DNA from: an uncultured Acidimicrobiaceae bacterium
GTDB taxonomy: Bacteria > Actinomycetota > Acidimicrobiia > Acidimicrobiales > RAAP-2
NCBI GenBank assembly: GCA_964573595.1
Contig: CAZNLF010000001.1
Coordinates: forward strand, 1 to 58,779
Reading direction: 5' to 3'
Length of the DNA: 58,779 nt
The notes below the pieces were generated by a model. That model ran no database searches. It was not told the DNA's origin and was given only the letters and a program-made list of their open reading frames with translations. The translations under genes and the position numbers were made by a program. Positions 1 through 9,579 of the stretch are shown in pieces. Numbering within the stretch: the first letter of the stretch is position 1; each line of letters opens with the position of its first letter.

Positions 1-404
1 TGGGCATCGCCACCGAGGCGGCCTACAGCGCCTCCAAGTTCGCCCTGGCCGGCTGGAGCGAGGCGCTGGCCGCCGACCTGGTCGGGACCGGAGTGGATGT
101 GCGACTGGTGCTGCCCGGCGCCATCGACACCGAGATCTGGGACCAGCCCGCCAACGACCCCCCGGTCTACTCGGGCCCGCTGGTCCCGGCCGAGGAGGTG
201 GCCGACGGCATCCTGGCCTGCGTCGCCAGCGACCAGTTCGAGCACTACCTCCCGGACATGAAGGCCGTCGTGGAGATGAAGACGAAGGACTTCGACTCCT
301 TCGTGGCGGGGATGCGGTCGATGGCCGCGGGGAAGCTCGACGAGGGAACGGTGGCCGGTGCCACCACCGGGCGGACCGCCACCGACGAGAAGAAGGGGTC
401 CTGA
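1..404 (+). CDS. short-chain dehydrogenase/reductase (SDR), C-terminal fragment; 5' end lies outside the window
   Basis: Frame 3 is open from the window edge. The translation starts GIATEAAYSASKFALAGWSEAL (SDR catalytic YxxxK) and runs into track ORF 93..404. Stop TGA is at 402-404. Confidence 0.8.
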   Translation, partial: GIATEAAYSASKFALAGWSEALAADLVGTGVDVRLVLPGAIDTEIWDQPANDPPVYSGPLVPAEEVADGILACVASDQFEHYLPDMKAVVEMKTKDFDSFVAGMRSMAAGKLDEGTVAGATTGRTATDEKKGS

Positions 405-406
405 CG

Positions 407-1666
407 ATGAAGGCGCTGCTGTTCGGGGCACGACCCGACGAGGACGAGGTGCGGCCGGTGCCGGGCGACGAGTTGGAGGAGCGTCTCGCCAAGCTGCCCT
501 TCGGCCTGCACGAACTGGAGGACGCGCGGCCCATCCATCCGGACTGGGTGGTCACACGCCCCCGCCTGGCCGGCGTCTGCGGCTCGGACGCCAAGCTGGT
601 CCTGGGCGACTTCCACGACGGGGACATCGACAACCCGATGGCGGCGTTCTCGTCCCTGCCCCACGTGCCGGGGCACGAGGTCGTCGGCGAGGTGGTGGCC
701 CTCGGGCCGGAGGCCGAGGGCATCGAGGTGGGCCAGCGCGTGCTGCTGAACCCGTGGCTGAGCTGCGCACCACGGGGGATCCGGCCGCTGTGCCCCCCGT
801 GCCAGGCCGGCGACGTCAACCTGTGCTGGTCCTTCACCAAGGGCGACATCAGTCCCGGCGTCCACATCGGCGTGGTCACCGGCGCCCCGGGCGCCTGGGC
901 CGAGCTCATGGCCGCGCACACGTCGATGCTGATCCCCGTGCCCGACGACGTGCCCGACGACTCGGCGGTGATGGCCGACCCGTTCTCGGTGTCGTTCCAC
1001 GCCGTCCTGCGCAATCCGCCCCCTCCCGGCGGCAAGGCGGTCGTCTTCGGCGCCGGTGCCCTCGGCCTGTCGAGCCTGGCCATCCTGAGCGCGCTGTACC
1101 CCGACGTCGAGGTGGCCGTGGTCGCCCGATTCCCGGCCCAGGTCGAGATGGCCAAGCAGTTCGGCGCCTCGGTGGTCCTGCCCCACGAGCCCCGGATGAC
1201 CCTGGTCGAGGCACTGGCCGACTGGTCGGGTGGCGTCCTCCACTCGGCCTTCGACGGCCTGCCCATGGCCCACCCCGGGGGCATCGACGTCGTCTACGAC
1301 TCCGTGGCCAAGCCCGAGACCTTCGAGGTCGGCGTCCGGGTCCTCGCCGAACGGGGGCGACTCGTCTACACCGGGGTCGCCGTCCCCGGGCGGTGGGAGT
1401 GGACGCCCGTCTACTTCAAGGAGCTCACCATCATCGGCTCCAACGCCTTCGCCGTCGAGGAGTTCGAGGGGGTCCGCAAGCACGCCATCGAGCACTACCT
1501 CGATCTGGTGCGGGCCGGCCGGATCGACCTGACCGGCATGGTGACCCACCGGTTCCCGCTCGAGGGCTGGTGGGAGGCGCTGAAGACGCTGGCCCGACCC
1601 GAGACCAGCGGCGTCCTGAAGGCCACGTTCACCCCCAACGGGGATCCGGCGCCGCACCGGGCCTGA
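407..1666 (+). CDS. zinc-type (MDR family) alcohol dehydrogenase-like oxidoreductase
   Basis: 419-aa ORF with ATG 3 nt after the preceding stop. Motifs GVCGSD and PGHEVVGEVVALG (Zn ligands) and a Rossmann VVFGAGALG. Confidence 0.85.
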   Translation: MKALLFGARPDEDEVRPVPGDELEERLAKLPFGLHELEDARPIHPDWVVTRPRLAGVCGSDAKLVLGDFHDGDIDNPMAAFSSLPHVPGHEVVGEVVALGPEAEGIEVGQRVLLNPWLSCAPRGIRPLCPPCQAGDVNLCWSFTKGDISPGVHIGVVTGAPGAWAELMAAHTSMLIPVPDDVPDDSAVMADPFSVSFHAVLRNPPPPGGKAVVFGAGALGLSSLAILSALYPDVEVAVVARFPAQVEMAKQFGASVVLPHEPRMTLVEALADWSGGVLHSAFDGLPMAHPGGIDVVYDSVAKPETFEVGVRVLAERGRLVYTGVAVPGRWEWTPVYFKELTIIGSNAFAVEEFEGVRKHAIEHYLDLVRAGRIDLTGMVTHRFPLEGWWEALKTLARPETSGVLKATFTPNGDPAPHRA

Positions 1667-1671
1667 ACCGA

Positions 1672-1690
1672 CCGGCCGGGTGCCGGCCGG
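1672..1690. terminator. GC-only hairpin between convergent genes (possible bidirectional terminator)
   Basis: CCGGCCGG-GTG-CCGGCCGG forms an 8-bp perfect stem with a 3-nt loop. It lies 6 nt after the ADH stop and about 60 nt after the kinase stop. There is no U-tract. Confidence 0.35.
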
Positions 1691-1748
1691 CCGCCCGGCG
1701 GCCGGGACGGGCGTCGGGCCAGGACCCGGGAGGGGTCCCCGCCGCCGG

Positions 1749-3188
1749 TCAGGCTCTCGGACCCAGGGACTCGAACCGTTCGAAGCGGCGGGAGGCGGCC
1801 GACTCCCACACCGGGTCGGGCTCGATCCGACGACCGGTCCTGGCCCACCCGCCGGCGGCATCGAACGAGGTCTCGAGGCCCGCGGCCATGCGGGCCAGGA
1901 AGGCCGCACCGAGGGCGGCGCCCTCGGGAACGGCGACCGAGTCCACCGCCAGCCCCGTGGCATCGGCCACCGCCTGCATCCAGGCCAGCGACCGGGAGCC
2001 CCCTCCGGTGGCCACGATCCGGCGGGCCTCGAACCCGGACTGGTCGATGATCCTCCGGATCACGAACCCGCTGGCCTCGTGGGCGCCGCGGACGAGTGAT
2101 GCCGGGCCCTGGGAGATGTCCAGGTCGTGCGCGCTGGCCCGGAGCGAGTGGTCGTGGAACGGCGTCCGCTCCCCCCGCAGGTAGGGCAGCCAGACCGGCA
2201 CCCGCATCGGATCACCCTCCCGCCCTCCCGGGTCGGCGTCGGCCGGGGCCCTCCGGGCCCGGCGGGGGGGACCGCCGGCGAGCGACTGGACCCAGTCGGC
2301 GAACAGGGCACCGGCGTTGCTCGGCCCACCGATCATCACCTGCCCGGCAACCATGGTGGGGAGGGTGGTGAGGCCCGGCACGTCCCGCCACTCCTCGGTC
2401 ACCACCCACACGATGAGGGTGGCACCGAAGATGACCAGGACGTCGCCGGGGTGGCTGGCCCCGGCCACGATCTGCTCGCAGAAGGCGTCGATCGACCCGC
2501 CGGCGAACACGGTCGGCGTGCCGGGGAGGCAACCGATCCCCTGTCCGATCTGGCCCACGACGGGTAGCTGGTCCTCGGTCACCCCGAGCTCGTCCAGTGC
2601 GGCCTTGTCCCATCGCCCCCCGGCGTGGAGGCCACCGAAGGACGTGGCGGTGGCGGCGTCCACGGCGGGTACCCCGGACAGGGCATGGGTGGCCACCGCC
2701 TGACAGTCCCAGTAGCCCCGGGCACCCGGTCGCTGGGCCACCGCCCAGGCCACCATGCGCTTGCCCTGCTCTCGCTCCCCCCCGACATCGGTGCTGTCGC
2801 CGGGCGGTGCGCTGTCACCGTCGACGGCACGGGCCCGCCCATCGCCGTAGAGCAGCCCGGGGAGCAGCGGCGTCCCCCGCCGGTCGACCGCGGTGATCGA
2901 CGGGACCATGGAGGTCACCACCACGCCGGCGGCCGGTCCGTCGAGGTGCGAGGCGACCGCCGCGAAGGCCTTGCGGGGACCCCGCCGCCAGGCCTTGGCC
3001 ACGTCGTGCTCGAGGTGGTCCGCCGACGGCGACCCCACGGCGTGGGGCACCCGGGCCCTCGCCACCACCTCACCGTGGGCATCGACCGCCACCGCCTTGA
3101 CGGCCGTCGTGCCGACGTCGACGCCGACGGTGAAGCCCTCCCCCTTCGGCCCGGTCATGAATCTGACAATCGCGTCATGAGGCGTCAT
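1749..3188 (-). CDS. FGGY-family carbohydrate kinase (xylulokinase/gluconokinase-like)
   Basis: N-terminal VGVDVGTTAVKAVAVD (FGGY phosphate-1 motif) and C-terminal IVATGGGSRS. I chose the start at MTPHD (3188). The track start at 3296 would overlap the divergent gene. Met at 3158 is also possible. Confidence 0.8.
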   Translation of the reverse strand: MTPHDAIVRFMTGPKGEGFTVGVDVGTTAVKAVAVDAHGEVVARARVPHAVGSPSADHLEHDVAKAWRRGPRKAFAAVASHLDGPAAGVVVTSMVPSITAVDRRGTPLLPGLLYGDGRARAVDGDSAPPGDSTDVGGEREQGKRMVAWAVAQRPGARGYWDCQAVATHALSGVPAVDAATATSFGGLHAGGRWDKAALDELGVTEDQLPVVGQIGQGIGCLPGTPTVFAGGSIDAFCEQIVAGASHPGDVLVIFGATLIVWVVTEEWRDVPGLTTLPTMVAGQVMIGGPSNAGALFADWVQSLAGGPPRRARRAPADADPGGREGDPMRVPVWLPYLRGERTPFHDHSLRASAHDLDISQGPASLVRGAHEASGFVIRRIIDQSGFEARRIVATGGGSRSLAWMQAVADATGLAVDSVAVPEGAALGAAFLARMAAGLETSFDAAGGWARTGRRIEPDPVWESAASRRFERFESLGPRA

Positions 3189-3264
3189 TATTGTCCTCCA
3201 CCGGCCCGCACGTGCGGGTCCGCCTCCGGGGGGGCGGGAGTCCGAGCGAGGAGACAGCGACGAC

Positions 3265-4251
3265 ATGGCCACTGAACGACCGAGGGCGTTGGTCACCGCC
3301 GCAGTGCGGGGGCCCGGGCTCTCCCTCCTCGAGGAGCTCGCCGATCTGACCCTCGACTCCTGGCTCGACCAGCCGACGCTGCGGATCTACAACGCCGACC
3401 AGCTGGCGGAACGGGTGGGTGAGACCGGGGCCACCATCGTCATGGTCGAGACCGACCGCTGCGCCGGCCCGCTCTTCGAGCAGCCGCTCATCGCCGTGTG
3501 CAGCTGCCGGGGCGATCCCACCAACGTGGACGTGACCGCGGCCACCGATGCCGGTGTGCCCGTCCTGCGGGCACCGGGCCGCAACGCCGACGCCGTGGCC
3601 GAGGTCGGCGTGGCCCTCCTGTTCGCCGCCACCCGGGGCGTGGTGGCCGCCGACGGGGACGTGCGCCGGGGGGAGATCTACAAGGACGGCACCATCCCCT
3701 ACCAGCGTTATCGGACCTGGCAGCTGGCCGGCCGGACGGCCGGGCTCGTCGGGCTCGGCGCCGTCGGTCGTGCGTTCCGGTGGCGCCTCCGGGGCCTCGG
3801 CCTCGAGGTCATCGCCTACGACCCGTACGCGGACGAGCCGACCGTGTCCCTCGAGGAGCTGTTCGACCGAGCCGACGTGGTGTCGATGCACGCTCCGGTG
3901 ACCCCGGAGACCACCGGGATGATCGGGGCCGACCAGTTCGCCGCCATGCGGGACGGTGTCGTGTTCCTCAACACGGCGAGGGCCGCACTGCACGACACGG
4001 ACGCGCTCGTCGGGGCCCTGCGCTCCGGAAAGGTGTCGGCCGCCGGGCTCGACCACTTCGAGGGGGAGTCGCTCGCCACCGACCACCCCCTCACCGAGCT
4101 GGGCTCGGTGGTGCTCACGCCCCATATCGGGGGCGCCACCCTCGACGTCGAGGCCAACCACAGCCGGATCATCGCCGAGGACCTGTGCCGGCTGCTGGCC
4201 GGTGCCCGTCCCCTCAACATCGTCAATCCCGAGGTGCTGAAGGGCCGCTGA
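3265..4251 (+). CDS. D-isomer-specific 2-hydroxyacid dehydrogenase (PGDH-like)
   Basis: 328 aa with NAD motif GLVGLGAVGRAF and catalytic-His context LTPHIGGAT. GAGGAG lies upstream of the ATG. Confidence 0.85.
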   Translation: MATERPRALVTAAVRGPGLSLLEELADLTLDSWLDQPTLRIYNADQLAERVGETGATIVMVETDRCAGPLFEQPLIAVCSCRGDPTNVDVTAATDAGVPVLRAPGRNADAVAEVGVALLFAATRGVVAADGDVRRGEIYKDGTIPYQRYRTWQLAGRTAGLVGLGAVGRAFRWRLRGLGLEVIAYDPYADEPTVSLEELFDRADVVSMHAPVTPETTGMIGADQFAAMRDGVVFLNTARAALHDTDALVGALRSGKVSAAGLDHFEGESLATDHPLTELGSVVLTPHIGGATLDVEANHSRIIAEDLCRLLAGARPLNIVNPEVLKGR

Positions 4252-4341
4252 GCGCACCCGACGGGCGAGCCGGGGGATCCGGGCACGAGAGGCTCGGGCC
4301 GAAGCGGTCGACACCCAACCATCGAAGCGAGGTCGACGCCG

Positions 4342-5181
4342 GTGCCCACACGATCGAACCGGGTGGTGACCGTTCTGGTGGTGATCGCCGTGTCGACCCT
4401 CGCCGCCTGTGGCACGTCGTCGTCGGGAACCTCCGCGACGACCACCTCGTCCCCCGGTGGCGACCACCAGACCCTGACCGTCATGGTGACCAACGACGAC
4501 GGCTTCGGTGCGCCCGGTATCGACGCCGTGGTGCAGGGGCTCCGGACCCTGTCCGGTACCCGGGTGACCGTCGTGGCACCCTTGACGAATCAGAGTGGGA
4601 CCGGCGGAAGGACCACGCCGAGCAGCGCCGGGGCCCTGGTGACGTCGACGGACCAGACGGCGAGCGGGTACCCGGCCACGGCGGTGCACGGGTACCCGGC
4701 TGACACGGTGATCTGGGCCATCAAGGACCACGGGTTGTCGAACCGGCCGGACCTCGTGGTCTCCGGCATCAACTTCGGCCAGAACATCGGCCCTCTGGCT
4801 GCACAGTCCGGAACGGTCGGAGCCGCCCGTGAGGCTGTCTCACTGGGTGTCCCGGCACTGGCCGCCAGCCAGGGTGTCGACGACGGCTCGGCTCCTGACT
4901 TTGCCGAGGCGGTCCCGATCGTCGAGAGCTGGGTGGAGCAGCACCGGGCGCAGTTGATCTCCCGGTCCTACGGTTCGAAGCCACCTCAGGCCAACCTCAA
5001 CGTCCCGACCTGCGCCGGCGCACCGGTGCGCGGACCGGTGACGACCGTGTTGGCCACCTCCGGAGACGTGGGCCAGACGGTCCAGGTCGACTGCACCTCG
5101 ACCTCGACGGCGTATGGAAACGATCTCGAAGCGTTCGAGATCGGTTTTGCCACCCTCACCCCGCTCTACCCGCCGGGCTGA
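4342..5181 (+). CDS. surE: 5'/3'-nucleotidase SurE with a lipoprotein signal peptide
   Basis: SurE signature MVTNDDGFGAPGIDA and SGINFGQN. The N-terminus VVTVLVVIAVSTLAAC-G has a lipobox followed by a Ser/Thr-rich linker. GTG start. Confidence 0.8.
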   Translation: MPTRSNRVVTVLVVIAVSTLAACGTSSSGTSATTTSSPGGDHQTLTVMVTNDDGFGAPGIDAVVQGLRTLSGTRVTVVAPLTNQSGTGGRTTPSSAGALVTSTDQTASGYPATAVHGYPADTVIWAIKDHGLSNRPDLVVSGINFGQNIGPLAAQSGTVGAAREAVSLGVPALAASQGVDDGSAPDFAEAVPIVESWVEQHRAQLISRSYGSKPPQANLNVPTCAGAPVRGPVTTVLATSGDVGQTVQVDCTSTSTAYGNDLEAFEIGFATLTPLYPPG

Positions 5182-5226
5182 GTCGCCGCGGACACTGCAT
5201 CTCAACGGAGACGGTACGCCGGGCGC

Positions 5227-6867
5227 TCACACCATTCGGTGGGCGGCCCGCGCGGCCAGGGCGGCCAGGGTGAGGGTGGGGCCGTAGCCGGCCGAGGTGA
5301 CGAACACCGACGAGTCGGCGACGATGACGTTGTCCACCCCGTGCAACCGTCCCTCGGGGTCGACGACCGACGTCCCCGGGTCGGTCCCCATCCGGACGGT
5401 CCCCATGTTGTGCCGGCTCTCGGGCACCGCCTCGGGAGAGGAGGCATTGCCCGTCCCGGGAGAGGAGGTCAACGCCGTCCATTCGGCTCCCATCTCCTTC
5501 AAGATGGCCTCGAGCTGGGGGCCGTAGTGGGCCGACGCCACCAACTCGTGACGGCGGGGCCGGTAGGTGATCCGCGCCGCCGGAAAGCCGCGGGCGTCTT
5601 TCACCTTCGGGTCGAGATCGACCCGGTTGTCGGGGTAGGCCAGGTCCTCCCCCTGCATGATGAAGGCCCACAGCCGTGCCCGGATGGGCGAGTCGGCCAT
5701 CAACCCGGGGTGGTGCGCCCCCCAGGGCAGGTGCTTCGCCTCCATGATGGGCAGGCCCGAGCCACTGTGCTCGACCAGTCCCCCCCGGAGCCACGGCAGC
5801 CCGGCGGTGGTGGCGGCGGCGGCCGTGGTGCCGTCACCGACGATCATGTCGTCGTGGACGTGGGTGACCGCCCGGCCCCGCTCGGCGTAGGTCCGGAACG
5901 GCATCGAGCCGGCGACGATGGTCTGGAAGTGGGTCATCAGATAGCGGCCGACCAGCGGATGGTCCACCTCCGACAGGAGCAGCAGGCGAGGCGTCTCGAT
6001 GGCACCGGCGGCGATCACCACGTGGCGGGCGGCGAGGAACCGGTCGGTGCCGTCGGGGCCGATCAGCTCGACGCCGGTGGCGCGGCGGCCGTCGATGCGC
6101 ACCCGCGACACGAAGGTCTCGGTCAACAGCTCCGCCCGGCCACTGGCCATCGCCCGTTGCAGCATGGCGATGGGATCGCCCTTGGCGTGGATCGGGCAGC
6201 CGAAGTAGGCGCAGAACCCGCAGTTGTTGCAGGCCGGTCGGCCGTCGTAGGGCACGGAATTGGCGGCGGTGGGCGCCGGATAGGGGTGGTAGCCGAGCCG
6301 CTCGGCGGCGGCCGCCGAAACCGTTGCGCCGTACATCGGTGGGCCCGAGGGCATGGGGAACGGCCCGGACCGTGGGCCGGCGAACGGATTGGCGCCCTCG
6401 GTGCCCGCCACACCGATGGCTCGTTCCACCTCCGCGTAGAAGGGCTCGAGCTCGTCGTAGTCGAGGGGCCAGTCGGCGATGTCGGCGTCGGGCTGGGGAC
6501 CGAAGACCGAGAGCAGGCGGAAGTCGTCCGGCCGGAACCGCGGCACCTTGCCGTCCGCATGGGTGCCGCCCCCGCCCACGGTGGACGGGACGTTGTTCAC
6601 CTCACCCACATGGGTGCGGTCGCCGTCGGCCTCACGGGTCCGGAAGGTCCGGGGCTCGACCAGGGGGTCGGGCCCGAGGAAGTGGCGGTTGAGGAACTTG
6701 ATCTCGTCGTTCGAGTAGTCGAACGCCGGACGTGTCAGGTCGTCCGGGTCGAGCAGGTGGTTGCGCCCCTTCTCGACGATGGTCACCGTCCAGCCGGCGG
6801 CGGTCAGCACGTCGGCGACCGTGGCACCCCCGGGGCCCGACCCGACGATCACCGCGTCGACGGTCAC
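5227..6867 (-). CDS. GMC-family FAD-dependent oxidoreductase
   Basis: N-terminal DAVIVGSGPGGATVA (FAD beta-alpha-beta fold), 546 aa. The GTG start overlaps the upstream stop (GTGA at 6864-6867). Confidence 0.85.
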   Translation of the reverse strand: MTVDAVIVGSGPGGATVADVLTAAGWTVTIVEKGRNHLLDPDDLTRPAFDYSNDEIKFLNRHFLGPDPLVEPRTFRTREADGDRTHVGEVNNVPSTVGGGGTHADGKVPRFRPDDFRLLSVFGPQPDADIADWPLDYDELEPFYAEVERAIGVAGTEGANPFAGPRSGPFPMPSGPPMYGATVSAAAAERLGYHPYPAPTAANSVPYDGRPACNNCGFCAYFGCPIHAKGDPIAMLQRAMASGRAELLTETFVSRVRIDGRRATGVELIGPDGTDRFLAARHVVIAAGAIETPRLLLLSEVDHPLVGRYLMTHFQTIVAGSMPFRTYAERGRAVTHVHDDMIVGDGTTAAAATTAGLPWLRGGLVEHSGSGLPIMEAKHLPWGAHHPGLMADSPIRARLWAFIMQGEDLAYPDNRVDLDPKVKDARGFPAARITYRPRRHELVASAHYGPQLEAILKEMGAEWTALTSSPGTGNASSPEAVPESRHNMGTVRMGTDPGTSVVDPEGRLHGVDNVIVADSSVFVTSAGYGPTLTLAALAARAAHRMV

Positions 6868-7427
6868 GGGTGGGCCACCTCGGCGTCGGTCCAGCCCCGG
6901 GGCTGGACATCCCCGTCGAACCCGATGGCCCGCCAGCCGCTCCCCCCACGGTTGCCCCCGTACTCGGGGGCGCCGTACATGCCCTCGCAGGCGTGGCCGT
7001 AGACCAGGCTGGTGAAGTCGGGCACCGAGCGGAGCCGGGCGTCCTGCTCGGCGGGCGTCAGGCCGGCGAACCCGGCACCCAACGCGACGAGTCCCTCGCG
7101 GTAGTGCTGCTGCAGGCCGACGACGGGGCCGTTGAACTCCCGCTCGGGCAGTCCACAGGAGCCCTCGATGCGCATCCGCCAGGCGAGCTCGTCGAGGGCG
7201 TTGAGCCGATGGAACCGGCTGAATGCCGGCGCTCCCCCGTGGCGGGGCGTCGGCGGGCCGCCGGCCCAGATCCGTGGCGGATCGAACGTGAAGGCACCCA
7301 GCAGCCCGTCGATGTAGTCGGGCACCCCGGCCGCCGTCGCACCGGGTCCGGTCTCCGACGCCGGGATCAGCCGCTCACATGCGGACGACAGGATCCCGTA
7401 CTCCTGCTCCGTCAACCAGATCGGCAC
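6864..7427 (-). CDS. gluconate 2-dehydrogenase subunit-3-like small subunit
   Basis: 187 aa, translationally coupled to the GMC gene. MPIWLTEQEYGILSSACERLIP resembles subunit-3 family N-termini. No Tat signal is visible. Confidence 0.5.
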   Translation of the reverse strand: MPIWLTEQEYGILSSACERLIPASETGPGATAAGVPDYIDGLLGAFTFDPPRIWAGGPPTPRHGGAPAFSRFHRLNALDELAWRMRIEGSCGLPEREFNGPVVGLQQHYREGLVALGAGFAGLTPAEQDARLRSVPDFTSLVYGHACEGMYGAPEYGGNRGGSGWRAIGFDGDVQPRGWTDAEVAHP

Positions 7428-7510
7428 CGGGTCACCCTAACCAACAACGGTCGTGCTCGCCGGGGTACCGGCGCGCCCCGTCCCCTCTCCGGCACACACG
7501 GCGCCCTGCC

Positions 7511-8767
7511 CTAGTTGGGGGTGAAGGCGATGGGGAGGGCGATGGGGGACCGGAAGGCCATCCCCTTGATGTGGAGGTCCTGGTCGGGCGCGGCCGCCAG
7601 CCTCATGTCGGGTAGCCGGTCGAACAGGGTGTTGACGGCCACCCGGACCTCCATGCGGGCCAGATGCATGCCCAGGCAGACATGGACGCCGAACCCGAAG
7701 CCGACGCTCTGGCGCGACTCGCGGAACAGGTCGAACCGGTCGGGATGCTCGTATTTCCGCTCGTCCCGGTTGGCCGAGCCGAGCAGGAGGGCGACGTCGG
7801 CCCCCTCCTCGACGGGAACGCCACCGATGTCGGTGTCACGGGTGGCGCGCCGGAGGATCACCGTCACCGGTGGTTCCCAGCGGATGGACTCCTCGAAGGC
7901 GACCGGAACCAACGACCGGTCGTCCCTGACCGCGTCGAGCTGGTCGGGATTGGTCAAAAGGCCGTAGAGGAGATTGCCCGACGCACGGTAGGTGGTCTCC
8001 ACCCCGGCCGGAAGCAGCAGGCGGAGGAACGAGTAGATCTCCTCGTCGTCGAGCCGCCGGCCGTCCACCTCTGCGGTCAACAGGTCACTGATCAGGTCGT
8101 CAGCCGGCTTGCGGCGGCGCTCGTCCAGCACGCCGGCGAAGTAGTCGCGCAGGGCGGCCGAGGCGGCCACGCCACGGTCCCAGTTCGAGGCGACGCTGGT
8201 GATGGCGATGGCCCACCGCTGGAAGGTGGGGAAGTCGGACCGGGGCAGACCGAGGATCTGGGCGATGACCTGGACGGGGAAGTTGAACGTCAGCTCCTGG
8301 ACGAGGTCGGCAGTGCCACGGTCGGCGACGTTGTCGATGAGCTCGTTGACCACCCGCTGGACGAGGTCACCCTCCCACCGCTCGAGCACCTTCGAGCGGA
8401 AGGTCGCGGAGACGAGGGCCCGGTGGATCCGGTGCTCGGGCTCGTCCATCTGCAGGATGGTGCGGCCCATGACCGCGCCCATGATCCCCTCGTACACGGT
8501 CGAGGAGTACGTGTCGTTGTCGCGCAGCACCTGGACCGCCTCGTCGAAGCCGAAGACGGTGACCGGCTGGGGGCGTGAGGGGTCGGGGGCCTCGGCGCCC
8601 TCGCCGAGGTCGATCGGACCCACGTGGACCGGGCTCTGGCGTCGCAGGGTGGCCATCACCGGGTACGGGTCCCGGATGTTGCCGGACACCGTGTCCTCGA
8701 GCTCGAACGGGTCGAAGGGGGCCGGTGCCTCCACCTCGGTCGAGGCGACGTCGGTGCGTGTGGTCAT
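7511..8767 (-). CDS. cytochrome P450
   Basis: Heme loop FGFGVHVCLGMHLA, I-helix AGVETT and ExxR (EESIR). The start at MTTRTD (8767) is preceded by GGGAAG. Confidence 0.95.
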   Translation of the reverse strand: MTTRTDVASTEVEAPAPFDPFELEDTVSGNIRDPYPVMATLRRQSPVHVGPIDLGEGAEAPDPSRPQPVTVFGFDEAVQVLRDNDTYSSTVYEGIMGAVMGRTILQMDEPEHRIHRALVSATFRSKVLERWEGDLVQRVVNELIDNVADRGTADLVQELTFNFPVQVIAQILGLPRSDFPTFQRWAIAITSVASNWDRGVAASAALRDYFAGVLDERRRKPADDLISDLLTAEVDGRRLDDEEIYSFLRLLLPAGVETTYRASGNLLYGLLTNPDQLDAVRDDRSLVPVAFEESIRWEPPVTVILRRATRDTDIGGVPVEEGADVALLLGSANRDERKYEHPDRFDLFRESRQSVGFGFGVHVCLGMHLARMEVRVAVNTLFDRLPDMRLAAAPDQDLHIKGMAFRSPIALPIAFTPN

Positions 8768-8821
8768 GGTTCGTCTTCCCGGGCGCACCGGAGGGTGCGC
8801 TCCTGTGTCACCATCCTAAGA

Positions 8822-8835
8822 CAAACGTTCGTTTG
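8822..8835. promoter_or_regulatory. inverted repeat CAAACG-TT-CGTTTG (candidate TetR operator)
   Basis: 6-bp perfect arms in the 145-bp divergent region between the P450 and TetR genes. The local sequence is AT-richer than its surroundings. Confidence 0.35.
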
Positions 8836-8912
8836 GGACAACAGAATGCCCCCTCCGGGCCGGAAACCGGGCGCCGGGCGCCGCCGGCCACGTTGGGGGC
8901 CACAATGGGGAG

Positions 8913-9536
8913 GTGACCCCCGAACGTGAACAGGCCGGCCGTCCCGACGGCACGACCCAGCGCCAGAACATCCTCCGCACCGCCCTGTCGCTCATGGGCC
9001 AGCAGGGGGTCGATGGGACGAGCATGCGGACGCTGGCCGCCGCCACCGGCCTCAACGTCGCATCGCTGTACCACTACTTCCCGTCGAAGCGCGACCTGCT
9101 GGTGGCGGTGCTCGAGGAGCGGGGCCTGGTCGAGAACGTCGCCCAGCCGTCCCTGTCCCGCGACCCGGCCACCGACCTCGCCGACCTCTTGAACGACATC
9201 CTCCAGTCCATGCTGGAGGTGGAGGACTTCATCCGGCTGATGCTCGGGGAGGTCATGCGGGGCGACGAGACCGCCTCGACCGTGGGCACCGAGCTGTTCG
9301 ACGCCACCCAGGCGTCGCTGGAGCACTGGCTGGGCGAGCACGGCCCCCCGCTCTGCCCCCCCGGCACCGAGGCGGCCATGGCCCGGGTGCTCCGGAGCCT
9401 GCTCGTCGGCCTGTTCGTCGAGCACGTGGCCGGCGTCCTCGGCGGGGACGATGCCAGTTCGGCCTTCCGCATCCGCGCCGACGAGGTCTCGGCACTCCTC
9501 GAGCGGGCCGGCTCCGACGGCCACCTACGGGATTGA
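8913..9536 (+). CDS. TetR-family transcriptional regulator
   Basis: N-terminal HTH RQNILRTALSLMGQQGVDGTSMRTLAAATGLNVASLYHYFPSKRDLL. Divergent from the P450. Confidence 0.9.
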   Translation: MTPEREQAGRPDGTTQRQNILRTALSLMGQQGVDGTSMRTLAAATGLNVASLYHYFPSKRDLLVAVLEERGLVENVAQPSLSRDPATDLADLLNDILQSMLEVEDFIRLMLGEVMRGDETASTVGTELFDATQASLEHWLGEHGPPLCPPGTEAAMARVLRSLLVGLFVEHVAGVLGGDDASSAFRIRADEVSALLERAGSDGHLRD

Positions 9537-9579
9537 CCGGACCGCCGGGCCCGGGCGGGCCGCCGGGGCCCGGCCGAAC

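Noticed and set aside
245-2184. Long ORFs 245..1963 (-) and 358..2184 (+).
   Set aside because: Both have Arg/Pro/Gly-rich shadow-frame composition. The same DNA encodes a motif-rich Zn-ADH and an FGGY kinase in other frames.
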